From positions 1-64,000 of the IMG/VR virus record IMGVR_UViG_3300030329_006380: a stretch of DNA of 64,000 bases; one strand, given 5' to 3'. The stretch comes from a virus. Positions within the stretch are counted from its first letter, which is position 1. Each line of letters starts with the position of its first letter. A program made the position numbers and the translations under genes. Shown here piece by piece: positions 16,030 through 25,670 of this stretch. Under the pieces are notes generated by a model. That model was not told where the DNA came from and made no database searches. It worked only from the letters and a program-made list of their open reading frames with translations.

Positions 16030-19000
16030 TTATGCTAACATTTTAAAATTATGATAAACTGATCGCGTTGAGAACCCCCACGCATCATTATAGTCCAGTG
16101 TTCCTTGATATGGGCGATTAAGATGTACTACATCGCGGTCCTTCTTCACCGCCCAGCATCGTATCTTAACCATCTGACTACTAGAATCAGTGACATCGAG
16201 GATCCAATAATCTTTTCCTGTTTTAGTTTTCTTTCGGGTTATAGTTCTAGGGATGAACCATGCCTCCTTAAGATCAGGATCGTACTCTGATATCGGAGGA
16301 ATCATACTATCTTCAATCTTCTTCATAACCATGGGGACCATTACCTTGTGGTAAGGGAACAACCCAGTTAAAGACACAAGGAAGTTTAATTTATCTGCTT
16401 CGGAAAAATCACCCTCTGGTTCATATGTCGCTATATTTTCCAGAAGCTTCTTCTTGCTCTTTGGCCGATCAACAGCAACCGCTGACCAGAAATGTTTCAG
16501 GCCAGAAAACCTCTCGTCTATTAAACAATTCAGTGCCTGACTTCGCGCCAAAACATCGATCGCTTTTTTATTTAATTTAGAATAAACGATCGCTTCATTA
16601 AATAAAAACTCTTCGATGTCCTTGAAGGGTCGATTCGCAATAATTTGCTCCACAGCTTTATCACCCAAACCCTTGATAGATGTTAGTGGCTGAATCAGTG
16701 TCTGGCCATCCTCCGAGACACCCCAGGAAGTACCAGAGGTATTAATATTAATTGATTCTATTTCATACCCCAAGCTCTTAGCAATACCAATGGCCTGCTC
16801 CTTACGAGCTTCTGGTTCACGATCCAAAAATGCCGCTAACCATTCGGCGGGGTGATAGTTCAATAACCACGCGCACTGAAAAGACAGCAGACAATAAGAA
16901 ACAGCATGAGATTTATTGAATCCGTAGCCACTGAAGTATTCAAATGTCTGCCAAAGATTTTCTGCTTCTTGTTTGGAGAAACCCTTTTCCACGCAGCCAA
17001 CAATAAACTTCTTGTAGATCTTTTGCTTTTGCTCGGCAACTTTACCCGTACCCTTCTTGGTTAAGAGCTTACGAAGTTTGTTACCCTCCTCCAGCGACAA
17101 GTCTTTACCCAGCTTGTGGGCAAGGATCGCAATCTGCTCTTGAAAGATAAGAAACCCATAAGTGTCCGCAGTGTATTCCTCAATCAGAGGGTGAGCATAC
17201 TCAACTTCCTCAGGAAACATCTTTGCTTCAACATATTTACGATCAACTTTTGCGCTCAGTGGTCCGGGACGATAAATTGAAGTAATGGCAGATAAGTCAA
17301 TAATATTCTCTGGCTTTGCTTTGACACAAAAAGTTTGCGCACCCTTCTGAGTGAACTGGAAGATCCCAGCAAACTTACCATCATGAAATATATTTTTCCA
17401 CACTGCTTTATTTTTTAAATCAATTTTGTCTGGATGGAGATTCTCGTCATAAAACTTCCTGATTTGTGTCATTGAAGGATTTTCAATCCCGTGAACGCGT
17501 TTAAGGATATTTTCAATACACTGCTGAATCATTTCAATTGTTGAGAGACCCAGTAGATCAAATTTAATAAAGCCCATGGGCTCCAGATGACGAACATTCT
17601 GACCTTCAGACCATGGAGTTTGAGATACGCCACCTGAGTTAATCAAGGGCATGTGTTTATCTAAATCCTCGCCAACAACAACACCCCCAGCGTGACGACT
17701 AACACTTCGAATTTGCCCATGAAGAGCTTCAACGTGCTGTTTAATGTGAGGATATTTCACAAGAAAAGATTGTAGGCTGGAACTATACTGCATCACCTCG
17801 TCAAACGTCGGCACATATACCCCCGCAGAGATACCATGAGCCGCTTTGGCAGCGGGAGTAGCTTCATCCATCATCTTACTGGTAACCGTATTAACTTCTT
17901 TAAAAGGAATATTATAAAACTTTGATATATCCTTAATGAGCGAACGAAGTTTGAGTGTATTATAATTTGAAATCGGTACAACAACATTTCTGCCCCACTC
18001 CTCTATTAGAGTCTCCTTAAGACGCATCGGGTTTGCAACATCGTAATCAATATCAGGATATCCGTCGCCATCTTTTGTCAAGAACCTCTCAAACAGGAGA
18101 TCATATTTTAGTGGATCAACCTGAGTGATGCCCAGTACATACGACGTCAAAGCTCCCGCCGCAGAACCTCGTGCTGGTCCGACAAGAGATAATTCCTGTG
18201 CTTTATCGGAGATTGCCTTCATTGTCAAGAAGTACTTTGAAAACCCACGATCGCCAATAACATGAAGCTCCCTGCGTAAACGATCAATATACTCTTTATT
18301 TGTGTGAAGGTTCTTCTCTTTCAAGCCCTCAATAGCGGCACGAGCAAGAGCTTCATCTTCATCCATCCCCTCGGTTAACACGAAAGAGGGCAAACGAACA
18401 GTTCTGTCCGGAATAAAATCTTCGATGCGCTCATGAGCAATCTGATGGGTTCTTTTAATACTATCAAGAATCAATTGATCATCATACTCCTGATCGAGCT
18501 TCTGGCAATAGGTTTTATAAGATTCCCAAACTTGATCACCATTCTTGGGATATAATTCATATCCAATTTCTTCCACACTCTCTGGGAGTTCATTAGAAAG
18601 CCACGCGGGGCGTTTCTTTCCGAGCCATGCCAAGCGCTTGTATAGTTCTCGGTCTTTCCAAGCATCAGGGTTTGGATAATGCGAGTCTACTGTGGTGATC
18701 AACTCCAAGTTAAATCGCTTTGCTGTCTCAATAACAAAGTGATTGAGTTCATGCTGTTCAGGGATAGCATTCCACTGGACCTCTGCGTACCACCTGTCAC
18801 CAAAAATGTCCAACATCTTGTTAGTTGCTGTCGCCATGGCCTCTAGAACAGCCTCAGGTCCTTCCTCGCGATTCTCCCAATAACAACCAGCATAAACGCC
18901 CCCGAGACATGCTGAGGACGCAATTATACCTTCATTGTATTCCTTGAGGATATCATAATCAATTCTGGGGTATCGATAAAAATTTTCCCGCTGATAGGAA

Positions 19001-19449
19001 AGTGAAACAATTTTAAAAAGATTGTTTAAGCCAGTCTGATTTTGAGCCAACAGCACTAAGTGTCGTCGACGATTCAATATATTTTTAACCTTTCGTGTTT
19101 GTTCCTCATCTTCAACAACAGTTGCGGAGATTTCTTCTTTTTTCTTACGCTTTTTAGTTGCCTGATTCTTCTCATATTCTTCGCGCCACTCACTCAATGA
19201 GGGGGTGAAATAAGCTTCCATGCCATAAATGGCTTTGAAGTTTTTTCCAGAAGACTTCATTTTCTCTAGATGCATAAGCATGTGTGGAAGAGAGTTCATA
19301 TTTCCGTGATTCGTGATCGCATGCGCATCCAAACCATTAGAGTAAGCAAAGTCAAAATGTTCGTCAGGATAGCCCAAGCCGTCGCCAACTGAGTATCCAT
19401 CATGCGCGTGTAATCCAACAAATGGTATGTTACTTCTATTCCTGCTCAA
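16030..19449 (-). CDS. dnaE: DNA polymerase III alpha subunit (family C, DnaE) with PHP domain
   Basis: LHAH, GMEAY, SACLGG, DSH (PHP); RGSAAG, PDIDYD, RHAGGVV, KFDLLGL, YGFNKSHA. Confidence 0.98.
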   Translation of the reverse strand: MSRNRSNIPFVGLHAHDGYSVGDGLGYPDEHFDFAYSNGLDAHAITNHGNMNSLPHMLMHLEKMKSSGKNFKAIYGMEAYFTPSLSEWREEYEKNQATKKRKKKEEISATVVEDEEQTRKVKNILNRRRHLVLLAQNQTGLNNLFKIVSLSYQRENFYRYPRIDYDILKEYNEGIIASSACLGGVYAGCYWENREEGPEAVLEAMATATNKMLDIFGDRWYAEVQWNAIPEQHELNHFVIETAKRFNLELITTVDSHYPNPDAWKDRELYKRLAWLGKKRPAWLSNELPESVEEIGYELYPKNGDQVWESYKTYCQKLDQEYDDQLILDSIKRTHQIAHERIEDFIPDRTVRLPSFVLTEGMDEDEALARAAIEGLKEKNLHTNKEYIDRLRRELHVIGDRGFSKYFLTMKAISDKAQELSLVGPARGSAAGALTSYVLGITQVDPLKYDLLFERFLTKDGDGYPDIDYDVANPMRLKETLIEEWGRNVVVPISNYNTLKLRSLIKDISKFYNIPFKEVNTVTSKMMDEATPAAKAAHGISAGVYVPTFDEVMQYSSSLQSFLVKYPHIKQHVEALHGQIRSVSRHAGGVVVGEDLDKHMPLINSGGVSQTPWSEGQNVRHLEPMGFIKFDLLGLSTIEMIQQCIENILKRVHGIENPSMTQIRKFYDENLHPDKIDLKNKAVWKNIFHDGKFAGIFQFTQKGAQTFCVKAKPENIIDLSAITSIYRPGPLSAKVDRKYVEAKMFPEEVEYAHPLIEEYTADTYGFLIFQEQIAILAHKLGKDLSLEEGNKLRKLLTKKGTGKVAEQKQKIYKKFIVGCVEKGFSKQEAENLWQTFEYFSGYGFNKSHAVSYCLLSFQCAWLLNYHPAEWLAAFLDREPEARKEQAIGIAKSLGYEIESININTSGTSWGVSEDGQTLIQPLTSIKGLGDKAVEQIIANRPFKDIEEFLFNEAIVYSKLNKKAIDVLARSQALNCLIDERFSGLKHFWSAVAVDRPKSKKKLLENIATYEPEGDFSEADKLNFLVSLTGLFPYHKVMVPMVMKKIEDSMIPPISEYDPDLKEAWFIPRTITRKKTKTGKDYWILDVTDSSSQMVKIRCWAVKKDRDVVHLNRPYQGTLDYNDAWGFSTRSVYHNFKMLA

Positions 19450-20362
19450 AATCTCCTCCTATGGGATTTAGTTCGTGATAAGACAAAAGGTTTTTGGTTG
19501 GTCGTTTAATTAACTTTCTTTCCTCGGACCCTAGATATTTGCATAGGCCGTCCCATGATCCTATATTATAATACCAGTCTGTTTCCACCTTTTCTTCCTC
19601 CTTGATATCATAAAAGCGAAATACATAATCTAAAGGAAAGTTTCTAGCTGAATTTCTTTCGTGCGGAGGTAGAGGGATCGTTGCGTACAGTCCATATCTT
19701 CTCTCCTCCATTGGCTGATCGGGGCACCACCTACCAGTACCTTCCTTCTTGACTCGTCGACTTATTATTTTAACATCTTCTAGTGTCAAAGTAAAGCCCA
19801 AATATTCACCATCTGTAACTGTTTTCCCCTCGTGTGTTATAAAAAATCGGCCGCCGCGGAGAAGGTGTTTTCTGTGGTGGAAGGGTATTCCCGGATCATA
19901 AATTCCATAGGGAAACGCCACATAAAATTTATCTGGACGGATCCACTTACTTATGGCTCTACTAGCATCATCGGCGGTGAGGGCACCATGTAAAACACTC
20001 CATCCCAAACAGTCCCTCCTCTTTCGATCGAGAGGGTGAATGGGGACATAAAAAATTGGAATGTATTCTTTGTGAAATTCCGGATATCCAGCAAACTTTG
20101 AGCGATGCATCGCAGTTGGGTCGCCCAGATAATCTCCTAATCTATGACGCAACAATGGTTGCATGTCATCATGACATACGATCCAAATTGTCTTGCAGGA
20201 CGCACACGCACATTCAACAACAGCGCGTTCGACTGCTAAATAATCCGCTGCTATAGGCTGTAAGCTATCATGCCATGGGAATTCAAAATCTAATTTTTGG
20301 CCTGCCACCGGGACTATCCCGGCTAAGTAAGGGCTTTTCGGTGGAGTCTTTTTCTTTTTCAT
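19436..20362 (-). CDS. Nucleotidyltransferase-like protein (sugar-NTP transferase fold, divergent)
   Basis: LAGIVPVAG...DSLQPI...VERAVVECA...IWIV N-terminal pattern. Confidence 0.55.
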   Translation of the reverse strand: MKKKKTPPKSPYLAGIVPVAGQKLDFEFPWHDSLQPIAADYLAVERAVVECACASCKTIWIVCHDDMQPLLRHRLGDYLGDPTAMHRSKFAGYPEFHKEYIPIFYVPIHPLDRKRRDCLGWSVLHGALTADDASRAISKWIRPDKFYVAFPYGIYDPGIPFHHRKHLLRGGRFFITHEGKTVTDGEYLGFTLTLEDVKIISRRVKKEGTGRWCPDQPMEERRYGLYATIPLPPHERNSARNFPLDYVFRFYDIKEEEKVETDWYYNIGSWDGLCKYLGSEERKLIKRPTKNLLSYHELNPIGGDFEQE

Positions 20363-21197
20363 TAATAATCTCTTTAATGGTTATATTTATAAACTTGACA
20401 TTATCAAAATCTTCATATATATCGCGTTCACATTTATATAATTGCCTCTCGGCAGCCTCCATTTTCAAAGCCATGTATTTATATACTTTTGGGTTTTCTG
20501 TTGAGCGACCATTTCGAGCACCACGAATACCCAGCGATTTCATAATTTTCTGAATTTTAAATCTAGCGTATGTATCTGAATATTCGAATTTATCTAGCTG
20601 CTTTTTCTTTAAATAAGAAATGGCACAGACATCTTTCCTCATCAAATTAAGACCGTCAATTCGATCAGAAGGGTAGAAGAAAATTTCTTTAACAAATTCA
20701 TCCTCAGAAGAGTAGTATTCGTGTTCATGAGAAAGACCGGAGCGCACATCCATCCAATCCAAAACTTTATATAATTTGGGTTTTTCCTGCTTGGGGGCAG
20801 GAATACCAACTATATTCTCTTCATCAAAAATATAAAGTTCTTCAAAGTGTATCTTAGATAGTCTAGAGTCTTTTGTTTGTATACTTAAGATACTGTCTTC
20901 AACTCGCAAGGAAAACACTTTATCGCAAGGATATAACAACCCCCTCAAAGAAAGGTTAAATAATAGTTTTCTAGCAATCGGTAATTTAAAATATCCGAAA
21001 TCTTTATCTGCTAGAGATAGCGACTCCTCAACCCCCAAGCACTGGCACTCTGACGGTGTTAAGAAGTCAAAATAACTTATTGATTCTTCTAGACTTATGT
21101 TGGTTATCAATAAACAATCATTTAATAAGCTGTAAAGTATTGCTTCAAATGTTGATCCTATAACCACTTTGTCGTGATTATAGATGTGATTTCTCAT
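20283..21197 (-). CDS. Hypothetical protein with degenerate Rossmann-like N-terminus
   Basis: HDKVVIGSTFEAILYS; start 21197 follows the upstream stop. Confidence 0.5.
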   Translation of the reverse strand: MRNHIYNHDKVVIGSTFEAILYSLLNDCLLITNISLEESISYFDFLTPSECQCLGVEESLSLADKDFGYFKLPIARKLLFNLSLRGLLYPCDKVFSLRVEDSILSIQTKDSRLSKIHFEELYIFDEENIVGIPAPKQEKPKLYKVLDWMDVRSGLSHEHEYYSSEDEFVKEIFFYPSDRIDGLNLMRKDVCAISYLKKKQLDKFEYSDTYARFKIQKIMKSLGIRGARNGRSTENPKVYKYMALKMEAAERQLYKCERDIYEDFDNVKFINITIKEIINEKEKDSTEKPLLSRDSPGGRPKIRF

Positions 21198-21198
21198 C

Positions 21199-21744
21199 TT
21201 AGTGTTTGAATAGTTTTGGGTTTGAATGCGGATCGACACAACACTCCTCTTCCATAGTCATGCACTCGTGATATTCCTCTGCTTTCTTTTTTATTGCTTT
21301 CGAAAATTTTAAAATTTTTCTAGCATATCCGATTCCACGCTGTTTTGCGCGCCAAGATTTGCATGAACTTGAATAAGGGCCTCTATTATATTTGCACAAT
21401 GTAGATTTAATATTTCCGGAGGAATTCTCGTGCAGAAGGCCGAGAATTTTTGCCCCAACCTGAATTGAAGTCTCCGGATCATGAAGGGCCTTGCATGAGT
21501 AGTGTTTCCCCAAAGTACCTTTGGTGTATCGAGGGAGAACCTGTGTTAGGCCGCATGCGCCAGCTTTCGATCTGACCTTTGGGCTCCAACGGCTTTCATA
21601 AAAAATTAAAGAAAATAGTATTTCCGGTTTAACATTATTTTTGTCCGCTTCCTCTAGAATCACGGCTGACTGCTCGCATGCTAATTCATGATTTGGCATG
21701 TTCAGTGCTGTTATTGCCAAGCAAAACATAAAAGGTGTAATCAT
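21199..21744 (-). CDS. Lytic transglycosylase (SLT domain) with N-terminal hydrophobic signal
   Basis: LIFYESRW (catalytic Glu), AGACGLTQV, YNRG. Confidence 0.88.
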   Translation of the reverse strand: MITPFMFCLAITALNMPNHELACEQSAVILEEADKNNVKPEILFSLIFYESRWSPKVRSKAGACGLTQVLPRYTKGTLGKHYSCKALHDPETSIQVGAKILGLLHENSSGNIKSTLCKYNRGPYSSSCKSWRAKQRGIGYARKILKFSKAIKKKAEEYHECMTMEEECCVDPHSNPKLFKH

Positions 21745-21753
21745 ATCTTTTCC

Positions 21754-22284
21754 TCAAATCAATTGGTATTCTTTGTCGCCCCTATATTGGACGAACCAAC
21801 TGGGTACTTTATTCAAAGGATATCTAATCTTTGGCTTTGATGCATAAAATTTTCTATAAGATTCAACGATATCGTCTGATTTAAATTTTTCGGGCATGCA
21901 CAACGGTAATGTTGTTGGTTCATGGTAGGGGAACAAACCCGGATTAAAATCAACAATCAACTCACGAAGAACCCCCTCACACTTATGAGTCTTTCCGAAT
22001 CTCTCAGTATACTCTCTCAGTAAAGCGCGCGTATGGCGCACCAAAAGCATATAATTAGCCGAAGATTCACAAACCCACTTAGTGGAAGGATGGTTCTTGT
22101 GAGTTGATCTATAGCGAGCTATCTGCCGACCAGATAGCTCATTAAGAGCAGTGGAGAGCATCTGACACGACTCTAGAATCATCTTAACTACTCTATAGTT
22201 GTCTTGAGAAACTGCAGAAGCTTCCCAGTCAATCTCTCCACACTCGTTACGTTCGATAGCAAAAATATTCATGTTTCTCCTCAA
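21754..22284 (-). CDS. Pyrimidine-dimer DNA glycosylase-like phage protein
   Basis: MNIF..., KMILESCQMLSTA, THKNHPSTKW, YTERFGKTHK. Confidence 0.75.
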   Translation of the reverse strand: MRRNMNIFAIERNECGEIDWEASAVSQDNYRVVKMILESCQMLSTALNELSGRQIARYRSTHKNHPSTKWVCESSANYMLLVRHTRALLREYTERFGKTHKCEGVLRELIVDFNPGLFPYHEPTTLPLCMPEKFKSDDIVESYRKFYASKPKIRYPLNKVPSWFVQYRGDKEYQLI

Positions 22285-22534
22285 AACAAATTGCTGGTAT
22301 CTCGCCTTCTTTAGGGACGTAGTCGCCCTCTACTTCTTCTTCCGGAATGGTTTCTTCAATTTGATTCGGCTGAATCGTTTCCAGCTTTTTATCTTCTGCG
22401 AATGCTATTTGAAACCATGTGGTGACAGTAAAAGCAATAAAGAATGTCACTCCAAGGAGAATAGTTCCTCGGATCTTATCCTCCACCGTCTCTAATTTAT
22501 TCGTTAACATTATTTTCCTCCTTGTACGCCGCAA
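22247..22534 (-). CDS. Hypothetical membrane-anchored protein
   Basis: One hydrophobic segment, acidic tail. Confidence 0.6.
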   Translation of the reverse strand: MRRTRRKIMLTNKLETVEDKIRGTILLGVTFFIAFTVTTWFQIAFAEDKKLETIQPNQIEETIPEEEVEGDYVPKEGEIPAICFEEKHEYFCYRT

Positions 22535-23201
22535 TAGTTACTGGATATAACTCTGATGCTATTTCTAGGCATGCTTCTGCGACTCTCTGTATTTCCCATT
22601 GCGCTCCTTCGTGGGAACGTAAATCTATAAATTTCATTAAATTATTTAAATTAACTGTGCCATAGTATTCCGTGTACATGTTTTGTGGTAATACGCCCCT
22701 TGCCTGCTCCCGACACACCCCGCTTTTAATTAACGCCTCATAGAGGGCCATGGAGCGGCCATGATGCTGCTTCATCATCAAAGAAGCATCTCCAGAAACT
22801 CCTAGTGAGCCATGAGAAAAGTGAATTAAGGGGTTAGATAAATCATCCGGATTGGATGCTTGACGGTTACTTTTATGTTGCGTGCGAAATGCTTTAGGCT
22901 CATAAAATTCAATATTAACGTCTGTATATCTTCTACTAATCTCATTATAGCTCCAAGTCCTGTGTCTGTGGTGCTGTGATCTGACGAACAGAGGGACCTT
23001 GAAGCGAAATGTCATGACACAATGCTCCAATGTGGAAGTGTGCCGATGTTTAATTAGATACTTAATAAGTTTTTTATCTTTTTCATCTAAACTTTCTTTA
23101 TGTACACCAAAACTAACGCGTGCACTATTAACAACAGACAGGTCAGTCCCAACATGATCGACCAATTCTACTTTCCCTATACCATCATCATATATTTCCA
23201 T
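22497..23201 (-). CDS. thyX: Flavin-dependent thymidylate synthase
   Basis: VNSARVSF, HTSTLEH, RHRTWSYNEISRRY signature, AQWEI. Confidence 0.97.
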   Translation of the reverse strand: MEIYDDGIGKVELVDHVGTDLSVVNSARVSFGVHKESLDEKDKKLIKYLIKHRHTSTLEHCVMTFRFKVPLFVRSQHHRHRTWSYNEISRRYTDVNIEFYEPKAFRTQHKSNRQASNPDDLSNPLIHFSHGSLGVSGDASLMMKQHHGRSMALYEALIKSGVCREQARGVLPQNMYTEYYGTVNLNNLMKFIDLRSHEGAQWEIQRVAEACLEIASELYPVTIAAYKEENNVNE

Positions 23202-23202
23202 A

Positions 23203-23526
23203 TTATCCTCTGTGGCTCACATTTTCATAAAAACCTAATACATAATTCTCCTGAATTAGTTGAATTCGATGGTCATTAACAGTGATGTCTCGTACCATAT
23301 GGTGTTCGACGAGTATTCGGGCACCTTTATTCAAATTAATTATACAATCCTCGGCAACATCAATAACTCTTGCCACAACCACCGGTGGACCTTCTTTTTT
23401 ATAGTCCTCGGGCAAAAGAACCAAGCTATTATCCTCCTCCTCTTGCCATTCTAAAATAATATGAATATGCCGATTTGTTGGTTTAAAGGATGGCAATGAT
23501 TGACACTCTTCATACGCAATTCCCAT
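23203..23526 (-). CDS. groES: Co-chaperonin GroES-like (Cpn10)
   Basis: FKPTNRHIHI...LVLLPED...ARVIDV...GARIL...LIQENYVLG follows the Cpn10 pattern; start 23526. Confidence 0.65.
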   Translation of the reverse strand: MGIAYEECQSLPSFKPTNRHIHIILEWQEEEDNSLVLLPEDYKKEGPPVVVARVIDVAEDCIINLNKGARILVEHHMVRDITVNDHRIQLIQENYVLGFYENVSHRG

Positions 23527-23527
23527 A

Positions 23528-23779
23528 TCAGCCTCCCACTTTATTAGAGATTTTATTGTAGACTTCATTGAGCGCATTGATGTCGATATCACCTTTGACC
23601 AAGCGATATGCTTTTACCGCAATGCGTAGCTCATCGCGTGTTAACCATCCATTCTCAATATAATTCTTCTTGAGATCCCTACGGTGCTCTTTGAATGGCT
23701 CCATTTTCTCCTCAATAGCAGAAAGGGATCTGATATAATCAACGACACGCTGTTCTTTTGTGGTAGAGTTGGTAGACAT
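23528..23779 (-). CDS. Small helical protein, possibly GapR/DsbA-like dsDNA-binding
   Basis: YIRSLSAIEEKME...RRDLKKNY...ELRIAVKAY; GGAGG SD. Confidence 0.45.
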   Translation of the reverse strand: MSTNSTTKEQRVVDYIRSLSAIEEKMEPFKEHRRDLKKNYIENGWLTRDELRIAVKAYRLVKGDIDINALNEVYNKISNKVGG

Positions 23780-23792
23780 GTTTCCTCCATGG

Positions 23793-25670
23793 TTAAAGTT
23801 CTTTTACTTCACAGACACCACCAGAGCAAGCTAGCTCACCCTGTAATTTTGTTTCATCATTATACTCTATAATATTTGTTAAGTCAATACTTTTAAGCAA
23901 TGAAAATAATTTTTCATACTCCTCCTCTGTACACTCCTCGAATGGAGCCTGAACATATGTTCCTCCGTCATAGGGCAAAACACTCAATCCATTAAAAATA
24001 TTTCTGTTCATCCACATCCAAACTCCAACGCCTGCCCACTCACTCTCTTTTATACTAACTGTGGCACTAACATTGTGACTATTTTGACCACTAATGTGTC
24101 CGGGTGCCACCCACTCAGTACTAATCTTTTTAACGCGCTGCAGGAAATTAAACACGCTCTCATCGCGTGTAGTGGCGCCGTCAGGGGCTTTTATTGGAAT
24201 CGTGATGACCGCTGAGGCGTTGGGAGTAAAATAATCATCCTCTACTAGTTCTGGGTGGTTCTCAGCCAAATAACCGTATATGACCTCTCCTTTCCCAACT
24301 CGAAGACGACGTTTATAAAATTTACTATGCCATGCATGAATTCCTGAGGATGTGCCCAGAATACAACTGGTTGTTCCTGCAGGTTTGACACAAGTAAGTC
24401 TGGCAGCGGGATTAATACCTAAGAGATCGGCAACTCTCTTATTTTCTTCAATGACAACATTCGCTGCAGCGGTTAAATCCATATTGTCGATCTTTCCAGA
24501 TGCGATACCAGTCATACTGACGCCCAACAAAGCGTCTTTCTCTGTGGTTTCTTTCCAGATCTCTCGTAAATAATGAAAATCCGTATAGCTGGCCTGAAGT
24601 GTTGCAATAAAAGATGCTGCTTTACAGCGAGCTTCAAGCTCTTCTTGATCCTCTAGATCGGAAACATTAATCTCTGTAAGGTTGCAAAACTGATGGGGGC
24701 GGAGGCCTATCTCAACACAAGGATTAGCACCCCACAATTGATTATTGCTAAAATAAATTCCAGGTTCCCCTGATTTGGACTCTTCTACCTTTTTCCAGAA
24801 GTCTTTAAATTCATGCTCTTTCACTCTATGCCTCAAGGCAACAGCGGAGTTGTTTGCCCTTGCTCTTTGAGGATTTAGTTCCCACCATTTGCCAAACTTA
24901 GCAGTTCTCATTTGTTCGTCATCAAAGGAAAATAAAGAAATTAATGCTGCTCGGCGGATTCCACCTGCTAGCACAGCATCGGCAATATAACAAACAATAT
25001 CATGAGCTTCAATGGAGGAAAGTTTTTGTCCAGGCAGCTTGGCATCGAGCACTTTTCGAATATTGTGAATGCAGTCTTTCAAGGGCTGTGGACCGGGTGC
25101 CTTACCTCCGGAAGTAACCAGTCGCGATCCTTTGCGACGTATATCATCATAAATGAAATCTGGGTCCGACTTACCATAAAAATAAGCCTCAACTAAAACT
25201 TTAACTGCGTCTGACCACCCTTCTATTGAATCTCCAATAACATATCTTCTTCTCTTGTATTTGTCTGTTTTTGGATTTTTCCTAGGGAAAACTATTGCTG
25301 GGAGAGAATCAACATCATGCTTTTGTACGGAAAATCCAACTCCAGTACCGGACAACAATAAAAACATTATTTCAGAAAATGCATCTAAGTGATCAATCGG
25401 TAAAAAAGAGCAATTAAATATTCTTGTGTTGTTTAGTTCAATAGGTTTTCCGGCAAACTGCATAGAGCGCATAGAGGGGAGTACCTTTTTATCATGCACA
25501 AAAGTGTACGCCTCCTCAATCTGATCTTTCAATTCAGGAAATCTTCGAATATGCATCTCTTTGTTGCGGTCGACCGTCTCTGAAAAGATCTCGCGCCTGT
25601 ACTTATCCGGCATATATTTCGCATACTTCATGAAGTGTGTAATATCAGATAGAATTTGTGTTGATTTCAT
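23793..25670 (-). CDS. nrdJ: Class II (adenosylcobalamin-dependent) ribonucleotide reductase
   Basis: FNCSF, GTGVGFSV, GGIRRAALISL, GANPCVEI, TCVKPAGTTS, C-terminal CSGGVC; no ATP cone. Confidence 0.93.
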   Translation of the reverse strand: MKSTQILSDITHFMKYAKYMPDKYRREIFSETVDRNKEMHIRRFPELKDQIEEAYTFVHDKKVLPSMRSMQFAGKPIELNNTRIFNCSFLPIDHLDAFSEIMFLLLSGTGVGFSVQKHDVDSLPAIVFPRKNPKTDKYKRRRYVIGDSIEGWSDAVKVLVEAYFYGKSDPDFIYDDIRRKGSRLVTSGGKAPGPQPLKDCIHNIRKVLDAKLPGQKLSSIEAHDIVCYIADAVLAGGIRRAALISLFSFDDEQMRTAKFGKWWELNPQRARANNSAVALRHRVKEHEFKDFWKKVEESKSGEPGIYFSNNQLWGANPCVEIGLRPHQFCNLTEINVSDLEDQEELEARCKAASFIATLQASYTDFHYLREIWKETTEKDALLGVSMTGIASGKIDNMDLTAAANVVIEENKRVADLLGINPAARLTCVKPAGTTSCILGTSSGIHAWHSKFYKRRLRVGKGEVIYGYLAENHPELVEDDYFTPNASAVITIPIKAPDGATTRDESVFNFLQRVKKISTEWVAPGHISGQNSHNVSATVSIKESEWAGVGVWMWMNRNIFNGLSVLPYDGGTYVQAPFEECTEEEYEKLFSLLKSIDLTNIIEYNDETKLQGELACSGGVCEVKEL

